Source of the DNA: an uncultured bacterium
GTDB lineage: Bacteria; Chloroflexota; UBA5177; JANWHV01
NCBI GenBank assembly: GCA_963827235.1
Contig: CAWHAE010000014.1
Location: 352,001 to 416,000 of the forward strand
Direction of reading: 5' to 3'
DNA: 64,000 nucleotides
Below the pieces are notes generated by a model. That model was given only the letters and a program-made list of their open reading frames with translations. It ran no database searches and was not told the DNA's origin. Shown in pieces: positions 31,924-41,932 of this stretch. The first letter of the stretch is position 1, and each line of letters starts with the position of its first letter. Both the position numbers and the translations under genes were made by a program.

Positions 31924-33252
31924 ATGCTTGCGACTCTCCCTGTTCTTCGCACCGCGGTCCCTGGGCCGTGTTCGCTGGCGCTGTGGGCGCGCGAGGAGTC
32001 CATCATCGCGCCAGGCCTGCAGAGCGTCACGCAGTGGGCGCGCGTGTCCTTCAGCCACGGCCAAGGCGCGGTACTCTGGGACGTCGACGGAAACGGCATA
32101 ATCGACCTCATGGCGGGAATCGGGGTCTGCAGCATCGGCCATGCGCACCCCGCCCACGCCTCGGCGGTTGCCCAGCAAGCAGCACGGCTCGCCGCCGGAT
32201 CGTTCACGTCCGAGGCGCGCGTGGAGCTCCTCGAGGAGCTGCGCGCCATTCTGCCCGAGCACCTGACGCGCATCCAGCTCTACAGCGGCGGCGCCGAGGC
32301 CGTCGAGGCCGCCCTCCGCCTGGCGCGGTGCGCTACCGGCAAGTCGACGGTGGTCAGCTTCTGGGGCGGCTATCATGGCAAGACGGAGGGAACCCGCCCG
32401 CTCTCCGAAGGCGAGCAGTTCGGTTATGGCCTGCCGTCGCCCGGCACTCATGCCGTGCCTTACGCCAATCCATACCGCAATGTATTCGGCCCGGACTCGG
32501 ACTGCGCAAGTGAGAGCGTGCGTTTCCTGCGCGAGTCCATTGAACACGGCACGAATCGCGAGATTGCCGCCATTATCCTCGAGCCGGTGCAGGGTCGTGG
32601 CGGCAATATTGTGCCGCCACCCGGATTCCTGGCAGCAGTGCAGAGGGTTGCCCGGGATCTCGGAGCACTGCTCATTGTCGACGAGATGATCACGGGCTTC
32701 TTCAGGACGGGGAAGCCGTTCGGCTTCATGCATGACGAAGGCGTGGAGCCCGATATCATCGTGATGGGCAAAGGCTTCGGCAACGGGTATCCGATCAGCG
32801 GTGTGGCGGCGCGCGAGAACGTTGCCCGCTCTCTGCCGTGGGCCAAGCCCAGTGGAAACAGCTCGAGCTACGGCGGTAACGCGCTGGCCTGCGCGGCCGC
32901 CCTGGCTACGTTGCGCGTGCTGCGGCAGGAGTCGCTTGGCGAGCATGCGGCGGCTGTCGGCGAATTCATGCTGGCGCGGCTTCGCAAGATCGCGCGGCGC
33001 GCCCCCATCGTCGGCGACGTGCGGGGTAAGGGATTGCTCATGGGAATCGAGCTGGTGCGCGATCGGCAGACCAGAGAAGGCCTGTCACGTGAGCAGATGA
33101 AGACCATCTTTTGCAACATTCTAGGCAAGGGCGTGCTCGTCATGCCAAGCGGCACAGCATTGCGCATTAATCCCCCCCTGGTCATCACGGAGGACGAAGC
33201 AGCGGCAGGGCTGGACGTCATTGAACAGGTGCTGACCGGCACGCAACTATAG
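31924..33252 (+). CDS. class III PLP-dependent aminotransferase
   Basis: DVDGN..ID, SGGAEAVE, YHGKT, LEPVQG, DEMITGFFRTG, MGKG (PLP Lys), YGGN, VRGKGLL. Confidence 0.93.
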   Translation: MLATLPVLRTAVPGPCSLALWAREESIIAPGLQSVTQWARVSFSHGQGAVLWDVDGNGIIDLMAGIGVCSIGHAHPAHASAVAQQAARLAAGSFTSEARVELLEELRAILPEHLTRIQLYSGGAEAVEAALRLARCATGKSTVVSFWGGYHGKTEGTRPLSEGEQFGYGLPSPGTHAVPYANPYRNVFGPDSDCASESVRFLRESIEHGTNREIAAIILEPVQGRGGNIVPPPGFLAAVQRVARDLGALLIVDEMITGFFRTGKPFGFMHDEGVEPDIIVMGKGFGNGYPISGVAARENVARSLPWAKPSGNSSSYGGNALACAAALATLRVLRQESLGEHAAAVGEFMLARLRKIARRAPIVGDVRGKGLLMGIELVRDRQTREGLSREQMKTIFCNILGKGVLVMPSGTALRINPPLVITEDEAAAGLDVIEQVLTGTQL

Positions 33253-33272
33253 GCAGGAGCCTGATTGAGACC

Positions 33273-34298
33273 ATGAATAGCAGGATCTTTCGAGTGGGCA
33301 TTGTTGGGTACGGGAAGATTGCCGAGCTGGCGCACATGCCCGCCTGGATGGCCTTGCCGTCGGCGGACGTTGTCGCCATCGCCGACACGTGCCCAGTGAG
33401 ACGCGCGGCCGCGCTCGATGCTCTCCCGCACGCGCATGTCTACGAGACCTGCGCCGACATGCTGAGGTCCGAGATGCTCGACGTACTCGACGTGTGCACC
33501 CCGCCGAGCAACCATTCACCGAGCATCGTCGCCGGTTGCACGGCTCGTGTCGGACGCATAGTTTGCGAAAAACCGTTGACGGCCGCTCCGGAAGAGTACC
33601 GCGCCATCGCATCAGCGCAATCCACGTCCGGCTCACAGGTCTTCACGGTAAACAGCTGGCTGCAGAGCGATCTGCACCGCTTGATCAGCCGGGAGCTGCG
33701 TAACGGCACGATCGGCCGAGTCACTCACGTGAAGCTGCGCACTCTGCGGCCGGACTGCGCACTGGGCGTTCCCAGTTGGCAGCCGCGATGGCGCACGGAC
33801 CCCAAGTACGCGGGAGGCGGCATTGTGCTCGACCACGGCTGGCATCAGCTCTACCTGATGGCGAACTGGATCGGCACCAAGCCGGAGGGCCTCAGCGCAA
33901 AGCTGGACACAGTGAAGCCGCTTCATCTCCCCGTGGAAGACGTGGCTACGCTTGACATCGACTTCCCCGATGCCACCGGACGCATCGAGCTGTCGTGGGC
34001 CGCGCCGACGCGCACCAATGACGGTGAGGTCGTGGGCACAAGGGGTACCATCGCCATAGAGGACGACCGCCTCGTGGTCCATACCGATGCGGGCGAGGAG
34101 ACGCGGCCCTACGGCGAGCGGCTGTCCGACTCGTCGTACCATCCTGAGTGGTTCATCTCTCTGTTCAATCAGATCCTCAGCGATGAAAGCAGGGCGACCG
34201 GGCAGGCGAACCTTCGCGAAGCGAAGATGTTGCTCACCACGCTCTTCCAGGCGTACGGCCTGAACGTGGAACCGGCGGAGGCCACCGCCGTAGCATAG
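33273..34298 (+). CDS. Gfo/Idh/MocA family oxidoreductase
   Basis: GIVGYGKIA, CTPPSNH, CEKP, GGGIVLDHGWH, VED. Confidence 0.92.
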   Translation: MNSRIFRVGIVGYGKIAELAHMPAWMALPSADVVAIADTCPVRRAAALDALPHAHVYETCADMLRSEMLDVLDVCTPPSNHSPSIVAGCTARVGRIVCEKPLTAAPEEYRAIASAQSTSGSQVFTVNSWLQSDLHRLISRELRNGTIGRVTHVKLRTLRPDCALGVPSWQPRWRTDPKYAGGGIVLDHGWHQLYLMANWIGTKPEGLSAKLDTVKPLHLPVEDVATLDIDFPDATGRIELSWAAPTRTNDGEVVGTRGTIAIEDDRLVVHTDAGEETRPYGERLSDSSYHPEWFISLFNQILSDESRATGQANLREAKMLLTTLFQAYGLNVEPAEATAVA

Positions 34299-34390
34299 AC
34301 CGGGCCGGCAGACTACACTGGAGTAGGTAGCCAGTATCCCCGCGCCCGCGTCATTCGTGCCGCTGGACACTAGGACTCAAAACCCCTCGC

Positions 34391-34419
34391 TTGTACGGAG
34401 TCCAAGCCCAGCCTATACT
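34391..34419 (+). promoter_or_regulatory. sigma70 promoter for the MoxR/vWA/ABC operon
   Basis: TTGTAC-N17-TATACT. Confidence 0.5.
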
Positions 34420-34476
34420 AGGGTGACGCTGACCGAGGCGGCTTCGGATTGTCTCATTCCCGGGGAACGCCACTCC

Positions 34477-37059
34477 ATGATGGCCGCTGCTCGACCATCG
34501 CTCCTCGTCTGTTTCGTACTTGCGATGGCCCTGCTTGCTGGAGCCCGCGGGTCCGCCACGCATGCGGCACAGTTGGCCGTTCGCATGCAGGTTAACGCCG
34601 GTTTTGGCGGCTATTACCGCCCTGATTCTTTTCTGCCGCTCCACGTTCGCTTGTCCAACAGCGGCAGCGAGATCGTGGCTACGTTGCAGGTCGACGACGC
34701 GGCGCAGCAGTTCTCCAGCGTGACACCCTACAACCATGTCAGCTATACGCGCACTGTGGTGCTGCCCGACGGTGGCGTGAAAGACGTGACGATGTACGTG
34801 CCGGGTGCGGACCTCGGGCCATCGGTCGACGTCGCGCTACTCGTCCAGGGTCGCATAGTGGCGCAGCAGACCGTGGGAGTAAGCCAGGTGTCGACGGCAA
34901 CCGAGCTGATCGGAGTGCTGTCGCGCACTCCCGCCGCATACGTCCAGCTGAAAAGTTTCGGCGGGTCGCTGGGAGGCATACAGCTGCGGGCGGTGCCTCT
35001 AAACTCCGAGTCGCTGGAGCCTCAGGTCTTCGCGCTGGCCAGTCTGGACGCGATTGTACTCGAGAACTTCGACACGACAACACTGACCAGCGATCAGGTA
35101 AGCGCGCTGGATCAGTGGGTTCGTCTCGGTGGAGTGCTGATTACTCTGGGCGGACCGACGGCGCAGGCAGTCTCGAATGGCCTGCCCACATCTCTCAGAT
35201 TGGCCGAGCCGGGCACGCCGGCGATTCTGGCCCGCATCCCGGCACTCGCCTCTTTCAGTGCCGCGACACTACCGAGCAGCAACATCGTAGCCGCTTTCGC
35301 AGGCACGGCGGATGCAGTGGTGTTGCTGGACGATCGCACGCCCACCGTACTCGGGCCTGGAGAAAGCGGTCGAGGCCGGCCGCTCCTCGTGCAGCGATCG
35401 CTTGGCCTCGGTGCGGTAGTCTACAGCGCAGTCGATCCCACGCTTGCCCCACTCGCCTCCTGGCCCGGTCTCCAGAACCTGTGGACGCTGTTGGCCTCGC
35501 CGGTCCGCGCGGGCGCCGCCACCGTGACTACGACGTTCGCCGGGTCCGGCGTCACCAACACGTCGACCAGCTTGAACGGGGAGATCAGCAGCGTCGCTCC
35601 GCCTTCCATGTCGCTCTTCATCGTGCTCCTGGGCATATATATCTTCGCTCTGCTGCCGGCGAATTTCGTCGTGCTCTACCGCCTGAAGCGGCGAGACCTG
35701 AGCTGGCTCACGTTGCCGTTGCTGGCCGTCGCGCTGGTGCTCTGCGTATTTGCGGGAACGTACTTCGGCAGAGGACGCGACCTTCGCGCGAACCTGGTGA
35801 GCGTCCAATACCAGGTTCCCGGTAGCACGGGCGCGATTGGGCAGCTCTACGCCGGCTTGATCTCCCCCAGCTCAGGAGACTACACCGTGACGGCGGGCAA
35901 TGAGGCCGGCCTCGCGGCGCCTCTGTACTACAACGAGCAGAATGGCGTGCCCTCGGACATCGGCAACGCTAGCAGTCAGGTCCAGATCGCCGAGGACAGC
36001 GGCAACGTTGTTATGCCTGCGATGTCGAGCTGGTCGTCACGAAGCGTGTCGTTCGCGCTGGCCTTCCCAGAGCGCTACGCGCTCTCGGCCGACCTCACGC
36101 TTTCACCGGCTGGGACGATAGTAGGTCAGATCAGGAACAGTGGCTCCTCTACGGTCTATGGCCTCCTGCTTCAGGCATTCGACGGCTCCGTGCAGATCGA
36201 GGGAGACGTCCCGCCGGGTGCGTCTCGAGCCGTATCGCTGCCTATGGGATCTGGGAGCCAGGTTCAGGGAGACATCTCGTCGGAGTACGGCAACCTTGGC
36301 GATCTGCTGCGCGGCCCAGGTGCCGGCGCGATGGGCACCGGCACTGAGCTGGCGGAGGTGCTGGGGCCGCTCCGTCTGCTGATCGCCGGAGCATCCCGGC
36401 TGGCGGCTGCCGATCAGCCTATCCCGCTCAATCCGGGTGAGTCGGCCGCCCAGCGCTTTCAGCGCATCTCCGAGGCCGTGCTCGGGGGCACTAACGCCGC
36501 TGCCTTCAACAGTGTCATCGCGGTGGGGTGGACGGCCGGTCAAGAAGTGCCGCTCCACGTCAACGGCCTGGTTCCGCAGCGCAGCGACACGAACCTGATC
36601 GTGCAGCCGCTGCCGGTGCAACTCCATCTGGGAAGCCTTGCCGTCGGCTCTGGTGTGCTGCCGGCCCGCATCGCAGGTGCCGATCAGGACTTGCAGGTGA
36701 GCGCAGGTGAAGGCGGCATCAGCTTGACTCCCAACAGCAACGCCGTGTTCGTCGCCCAGCTTCCGCCTGCGCCCAGCCTTGCCGACCGGATACGGTTGTC
36801 TGCACTCACTCTCTCGGCGGCGTCATATGGTGCAGGCATCGCCCTGAGTGACCAGACTGCGGCCCTCTGGGACTGGCAGGCGTCGAGGTGGCGACCCGTG
36901 GACATCTCCAGCGGCCAGGTCAGAGTTGCCAATCCGTCTCGCTTCTTCGACGGCGCGGGTGTACTACGGGTTCGGATGAGCGCGCAGACTGCTAGCCTGA
37001 ACATCAGTGATCCCAACGACGGCGTGACCATCGGGGTCACGGGGCGGGTGGTGAAGTGA
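34477..37059 (+). CDS. large exported/membrane protein with class-I-GATase-like domain and central TM hairpin
   Basis: Signal peptide; LDAIVL..L..WVRLGG.LI..GG and GLGAVVY pattern; TM pair flanking PANF..L.RLKRR..W.T.P. Confidence 0.75.
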   Translation: MMAAARPSLLVCFVLAMALLAGARGSATHAAQLAVRMQVNAGFGGYYRPDSFLPLHVRLSNSGSEIVATLQVDDAAQQFSSVTPYNHVSYTRTVVLPDGGVKDVTMYVPGADLGPSVDVALLVQGRIVAQQTVGVSQVSTATELIGVLSRTPAAYVQLKSFGGSLGGIQLRAVPLNSESLEPQVFALASLDAIVLENFDTTTLTSDQVSALDQWVRLGGVLITLGGPTAQAVSNGLPTSLRLAEPGTPAILARIPALASFSAATLPSSNIVAAFAGTADAVVLLDDRTPTVLGPGESGRGRPLLVQRSLGLGAVVYSAVDPTLAPLASWPGLQNLWTLLASPVRAGAATVTTTFAGSGVTNTSTSLNGEISSVAPPSMSLFIVLLGIYIFALLPANFVVLYRLKRRDLSWLTLPLLAVALVLCVFAGTYFGRGRDLRANLVSVQYQVPGSTGAIGQLYAGLISPSSGDYTVTAGNEAGLAAPLYYNEQNGVPSDIGNASSQVQIAEDSGNVVMPAMSSWSSRSVSFALAFPERYALSADLTLSPAGTIVGQIRNSGSSTVYGLLLQAFDGSVQIEGDVPPGASRAVSLPMGSGSQVQGDISSEYGNLGDLLRGPGAGAMGTGTELAEVLGPLRLLIAGASRLAAADQPIPLNPGESAAQRFQRISEAVLGGTNAAAFNSVIAVGWTAGQEVPLHVNGLVPQRSDTNLIVQPLPVQLHLGSLAVGSGVLPARIAGADQDLQVSAGEGGISLTPNSNAVFVAQLPPAPSLADRIRLSALTLSAASYGAGIALSDQTAALWDWQASRWRPVDISSGQVRVANPSRFFDGAGVLRVRMSAQTASLNISDPNDGVTIGVTGRVVK

Positions 37060-38078
37060 CAGCCGGCAACGCGATTTCTGCACGCCCGCCCGCAAACGCC
37101 GCTATCGCGGTACAGGGCCTGCTAAAGCAATACGGACAGGTGCGCGCAGTGGATGGCCTCACCATGTCCGTGGAGCGCGGCAGCATCTACGGCTTCGTCG
37201 GACCGAACGGGGCGGGCAAGACGACCACGATGCGCGTTCTCTCTACGCTTCTCACCGCCGACCGTGGCCTGTGCTCAATAGCCGGACTGGATGTCGCCGC
37301 CCAGCCTGCCCAGGTGCGTGGACTGCTCGGCTATATGCCCGACTTCTTCGGTGTGTATGAGGATCTCACCGTTCAGGAGTACCTAGAGTTCTACGCGGAC
37401 ACCTATTCCGTACCCGTGCGCGTAAGAAAGAGCACGATCGACGATCTTCTCGACCTCATCGACCTCGTCGAGAAACGCCATGCGTATGTCGAATCGTTGT
37501 CACGCGGCATGAAACAGCGCCTCGGTCTGGCGCGTTGCCTGGTGCATGACCCGCAAGTCTTGCTGCTCGACGAGCCCGCCTCCGGGATGGACCCCCGAGC
37601 GCGCTATGAAATGCGGGAGATCGTGAAGGAGCTGCGCCGCATGGGCAAGACTGTGTTGCTGAGCTCGCACATTCTGCTGGAGCTGGCGGAGATATGCACG
37701 CATATCGGGATCGTGCAGAAGGGCAGGCTCCTCCGTGAGGGCCCGGTCGCCGACATCCTCGGGAGCATGAGCTCGGGCAGAAGGATCGAGCTGCGGGCCG
37801 CAGCCGATCGTACGATCGTTCAGGCGTTGCTCGAGGACCGGCCCGAAGTGGCCTCCGTCGAGAAGCTGGAGGACTCCGGCGAAGATTCCGAGCCATCAGG
37901 CGGCGAGGTCTGCTCCGTGGCCTTTCATACGCGCTCTGACGACTACGCGCTGCGAGACGTGCTGCGAGCGCTGGTGGAAGGTGGCGTGGGCGTCATCTCC
38001 TTTGCGCCGGCGCGAGACAACCTGGAAGAAGTCTTTATGCAGCTCACCAGCGAAGACGAAGAGACGGTGGCTGTATGA
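37056..38078 (+). CDS. ABC transporter ATP-binding protein
   Basis: GPNGAGKTT, LSRGMKQR, LLLDEP, SSH. Confidence 0.95.
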   Translation: MTAGNAISARPPANAAIAVQGLLKQYGQVRAVDGLTMSVERGSIYGFVGPNGAGKTTTMRVLSTLLTADRGLCSIAGLDVAAQPAQVRGLLGYMPDFFGVYEDLTVQEYLEFYADTYSVPVRVRKSTIDDLLDLIDLVEKRHAYVESLSRGMKQRLGLARCLVHDPQVLLLDEPASGMDPRARYEMREIVKELRRMGKTVLLSSHILLELAEICTHIGIVQKGRLLREGPVADILGSMSSGRRIELRAAADRTIVQALLEDRPEVASVEKLEDSGEDSEPSGGEVCSVAFHTRSDDYALRDVLRALVEGGVGVISFAPARDNLEEVFMQLTSEDEETVAV

Positions 38079-38878
38079 TCCCCATTCTTCGCAAGGAGCT
38101 GCGCACGCGCATGCGTGGCTGGCGTTCGCCTGCCATCGTCATGTTGTACCTCGGCATAGTAGCGCTTGTCAGTTATGCCGTGTTGGTAAATGGCCTGAAC
38201 ACGCAGTCTTTCAGCGCGAACCAGGCCAGCTCTCTTGGCCTCAACCTGTTCAACACACTGGCCATTTTTCAAGGCATCCTGATCATGTTCATCACTCCGG
38301 CTGCTACCGCCGGCACGATCTGCGGGGAGCGACAGCGGCAGACTCTCGACCTACTACTGGTCACCAAGCTGTCTTCGCTGGGCATCGCTTCCGGCAAGCT
38401 CGTCGCCGCCATCGCCTTCGACTTGTTGCTCATCGTGTGTGCCTTGCCCATCTTCTCTCTTGTGTTCCTGTTTGGCGGCATCGGACTCGACGCGGTGTTC
38501 GAGCTTCTTCTGTTGTTTGTGCTGTCTATCCTGTGCTTCGGCAGCATCGGACTGGCTATCAGCGCCCTGACGAAGAAGCCGGGCGCGGCGACGGTCCTGA
38601 CGTATTTGGTCGTCCTGGTGCTCGTAGCCGGCCTTGCCTTCCTCACCATCTACCTCTACGAAGCCGGGTACGTCAGCGGCATCAGCCAGACCACGGCGCC
38701 GATCACCGCGTATCTGGATCCGGGTCTCGGTCTCGCAGCACTGCTCTATCACCAGGACTCCACGTTTGGCGCCCAGCTTCCGTTCTCAGTCTGGGTAACT
38801 TCATTGGTGACGGAAGTCGTGATTACCCTGATCTGCATGGCGATCAGCTCGCTGCTCCTCCGGCACCAGTATTCCTGA
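38075..38878 (+). CDS. ABC-2 type permease
   Basis: KELRTRMR, I.GERQRQTLDLLL.T, GKL, six hydrophobic segments. Confidence 0.9.
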   Translation: MIPILRKELRTRMRGWRSPAIVMLYLGIVALVSYAVLVNGLNTQSFSANQASSLGLNLFNTLAIFQGILIMFITPAATAGTICGERQRQTLDLLLVTKLSSLGIASGKLVAAIAFDLLLIVCALPIFSLVFLFGGIGLDAVFELLLLFVLSILCFGSIGLAISALTKKPGAATVLTYLVVLVLVAGLAFLTIYLYEAGYVSGISQTTAPITAYLDPGLGLAALLYHQDSTFGAQLPFSVWVTSLVTEVVITLICMAISSLLLRHQYS

Positions 38879-39008
38879 TCCGGATGCTCGCCCGCGTGAT
38901 GAGCGGCACATCCGGCCCTATGCTGCAGGCGCGTGTACATTGTGCGTATCGGCCGCCTGCAGGGCCAGAGTCTCCGCACGGTACCGAGTACGTGGAGCAG
39001 AGAGTGCC

Positions 39009-40841
39009 ATGGTCGCAGTTACTGGGACACAAACCGGCGATCCGCTCGACGTTATTGCGTTGGTCAGTCCGCTCCGACGCAGGATGGCAGCAGCGCTTCT
39101 TGTACGCCATGGCAGCAGGGGTATAAGTGCTGCCCTGATCGGGCTAGCGGCCGTTGTGCAATTCTTCCGGCTGTCGCCCTGGCCCGGCCAGGCGCGAGTC
39201 ATGAACGCTGTCGTCGTAGCTGTCGCGTACCTTCTGGCCGTCTCGATCGGCACCGGCATCCGCATTGCTAGCGAGTGGCCGAGTCTCGCCGCGGCTATCA
39301 GGCAAGCCGACCGCGCGCTGGGGCTGAAGAACCGCCTCGCGACCGCCTATGAGTTCGCGGATCGCCCGGAGCGGATTGTGTGCCTGCAGCGCACGGAGCT
39401 TCGGCAGTGCCTCCAGACGACTCGCCTGGCCGACGCCGCCCGGGTGCACGTGTCGCGGAGGCAGATGGCGTGGCTCGGATTCGGCATGCTGCTCTTGGTG
39501 GCGGCCATCGTTGCGCCCGATCTCCGGCACAACGTCGCCGGCAGCGACGCGCGGGCGGGCGGGCCCGCGCGGCAAGCCGCGACGGCGACCAAGAGCCTGC
39601 TCGAGCAGCTCGGGCTGCAGCCGCCATCGAGCAAGACGGCTGATCTGCAGCCGCCGGCCGAGCGCCAGCTAAGGCAGGTCTTGCAGGCGTTGCAGAAGCA
39701 GCTCTCGGCGGCGCAGACTCAACATGAGCAGCTCAAAGCCCTGACGTCGGCACAGAATCAGGTCCAGAAGCTCTCCGACTCCGCCGCGCAAGCGAAGACC
39801 GATGCCCAGCAAATTGCGGGCGCGCTTCGACAGGGTTCGACGCAGCAGATCGCTCAAGCCTTGCTGTCCGGTGATGCCGCCGCGGTGAAGCAAGCGCTTC
39901 AGGCCCTGTCACTGCAGACTGAGTCGATGACGCTGCGACAGCGAGCGGAAACCGCACGCGCCCTCGAACAGGCTGCCAACGGGGCGCCGGGCGCCCTCAA
40001 GCAGAGCCTACGCCAGGCGGCCTTCGACCTCAGCGACAACAATCCGTCGGCGGCGAAAAGCGCGCTCGCCACGGCGGCAAGCCAGGCATCTCAGCTTGAG
40101 CAGCAGGCAAGCGCGGCCGGAAGTGATCAGCAAGCTTTGTCCAGCCTTCAGAAGATCCAGAGCGATGCGGCCAACGGCACCGCGGACAACCCGGCGATCG
40201 ATTGTCCGCCGCTCGGCGGCGCTACGAGCGCGACAATCCAGGCGGCCTGCCGGGCCGCCCCTGCTCCCGTGACTACGGTAGCATCGCAGGCCGGCGGCAC
40301 GGCACGGCCGGGCAGCGCGGTGGCCCCCGAGAAGGGCGTGTCCACGCCGCGAGCGACCGGTGCAGCGCTCAGCCAGAGCGGCGGCAGCGGGCGTTCCGGC
40401 ACACCGGGCGCCGGCACCGGATCGACTTCCTCAGGGCAGTCTGAGCGGACCGCCGGTACCTCGGCCCAGGCAGGCAGCGGAAAGGCCGGCCGGGCGGGCG
40501 CCCAGGTACAACCCGGTGGCGCACAGGCATCAGCGGCCGGCGCGGCAGCTGCCGGTGGAAAGGCCGGAAGCGGCACGGGCTCCGGCGCCTCCGGCTCCAC
40601 TGGATCTGGATTGCAGAGCCACGCACAGACTGTTTACGTGCCGGGCTCGCAGCTCAAAGGACCCGGCATCACCCAAGCCGGGCCTTCAGGAGCGAGCGTC
40701 GAGGTCGGATCCCCGGGCTATCTGCGCCTGGTCCAGAAGTACGCGGCGTCTGCCGACACCGCCCTGGGTCGAGTTGCGCTGCCATCGGGTCTGCAAAGCA
40801 CTGTCAAGCGATACTTCAGCACCTTGCAGGGAACAAAGTAG
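39009..40841 (+). CDS. membrane protein with Gln/Ala coiled coil and Gly/Ser-rich tail
   Basis: Three TMs, DRALGLKNRLATA, long Q/A helical region, G/S/A low-complexity linker, conserved-looking C-terminus P..LQSTVKRYF. Confidence 0.75.
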   Translation: MVAVTGTQTGDPLDVIALVSPLRRRMAAALLVRHGSRGISAALIGLAAVVQFFRLSPWPGQARVMNAVVVAVAYLLAVSIGTGIRIASEWPSLAAAIRQADRALGLKNRLATAYEFADRPERIVCLQRTELRQCLQTTRLADAARVHVSRRQMAWLGFGMLLLVAAIVAPDLRHNVAGSDARAGGPARQAATATKSLLEQLGLQPPSSKTADLQPPAERQLRQVLQALQKQLSAAQTQHEQLKALTSAQNQVQKLSDSAAQAKTDAQQIAGALRQGSTQQIAQALLSGDAAAVKQALQALSLQTESMTLRQRAETARALEQAANGAPGALKQSLRQAAFDLSDNNPSAAKSALATAASQASQLEQQASAAGSDQQALSSLQKIQSDAANGTADNPAIDCPPLGGATSATIQAACRAAPAPVTTVASQAGGTARPGSAVAPEKGVSTPRATGAALSQSGGSGRSGTPGAGTGSTSSGQSERTAGTSAQAGSGKAGRAGAQVQPGGAQASAAGAAAAGGKAGSGTGSGASGSTGSGLQSHAQTVYVPGSQLKGPGITQAGPSGASVEVGSPGYLRLVQKYAASADTALGRVALPSGLQSTVKRYFSTLQGTK

Positions 40842-40932
40842 CATTGCATGGTTGGCGGCGCGCCATCGCGGAACGTATTCGAGCGTAAGCCAGCAAGGTA
40901 TGTGTCCAGCGAGGGGGGGTTGGGTAGGCAGC

Positions 40933-41931
40933 ATGGGCGTCGAGTATGAGGCACCTTCGGCAGGCGTGAGCCCGGAGCAGGTTCGAGAGATAGGCCGCGA
41001 GCTCGAGAGCAGTATCGCGCAGGCCGTCGTGGGGCAGGAGGAAGTGGTTCGGCAGACGTTGGTCGCCCTCTTCGCCGGCGGACACGTTCTCCTGGAAGGA
41101 GTGCCCGGACTGGGCAAGACGCTCCTGGTCCGCTCCCTGGCGCAGAGCCTCCGCATGCATTTCAGCCGCATCCAGTTTACGCCCGACCTGATGCCGGCGG
41201 ATTGCACGGGTACGAATATCATTGGCGATGACGAGCACGGCCGGCGAACCTTCCGATTTCAAGCCGGGCCGCTCTTTGCGAACCTCGTTCTCGCCGACGA
41301 GATCAACCGCGCCACCCCCAAGACGCAGTCGGCACTGCTCGAGGCGATGCAGGAGCACACCATCACGGTGGGAGACTCCACGCACCTGCTGCCCGAGCCC
41401 TTCTTCGTGCTGGCAACGCAGAATCCGCTGGAGATGGAAGGCACTTATCCTCTTCCCGAGGCCCAACTCGACCGGTTCTTCTTCAAGATTCTGGTCCCGT
41501 TCCCGGGAGCGGACGCGTTGCGCGGCATCGTTCAGCGCACCATTCAGCCACCGGATTCGCTGCCGGTCGTCGCCGATGGACCCCGGCTGCTCGAGCTGCG
41601 CGCCCTGGCACGCACTGTGCCGGTTGCCTCCAGCGTCACCGACTACGCCATCGCCCTGATCCTGGCCACCCACCCGGAAAACACGGCACGTCGCGACACG
41701 ATCCGGCGCTACGTCCGCGCCGGGGCCAGCCCGCGCGGACTGCAGGCCCTTATCACCGGCGCACAGGTCATGGCTCTGCTCGACGGCCGGTACAACGCGG
41801 CGATTGACGACGTTCGCCGGCTTGCGCTGCCGGTATTGCGGCATCGCATCCTGCTCAATTTCGAAGCGATCGCCGATGGCATCTCCTCGGATGCCGTGCT
41901 GACAGAGTTGCTGGACGGGCTCAGGGAATAG
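40933..41931 (+). CDS. MoxR family AAA+ ATPase
   Basis: GVPGLGKT, IQFTPDLMPAD, DEINR, TQNP.E.EGTYPLPEAQLDRF, GASPR. Confidence 0.96.
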   Translation: MGVEYEAPSAGVSPEQVREIGRELESSIAQAVVGQEEVVRQTLVALFAGGHVLLEGVPGLGKTLLVRSLAQSLRMHFSRIQFTPDLMPADCTGTNIIGDDEHGRRTFRFQAGPLFANLVLADEINRATPKTQSALLEAMQEHTITVGDSTHLLPEPFFVLATQNPLEMEGTYPLPEAQLDRFFFKILVPFPGADALRGIVQRTIQPPDSLPVVADGPRLLELRALARTVPVASSVTDYAIALILATHPENTARRDTIRRYVRAGASPRGLQALITGAQVMALLDGRYNAAIDDVRRLALPVLRHRILLNFEAIADGISSDAVLTELLDGLRE

Positions 41932-41932
41932 T

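Noticed and set aside
40360-40620. Gly/Ser-coding low-complexity DNA as a tandem repeat or CRISPR
   Set aside because: No fixed-length repeat-spacer periodicity; explained by protein composition.
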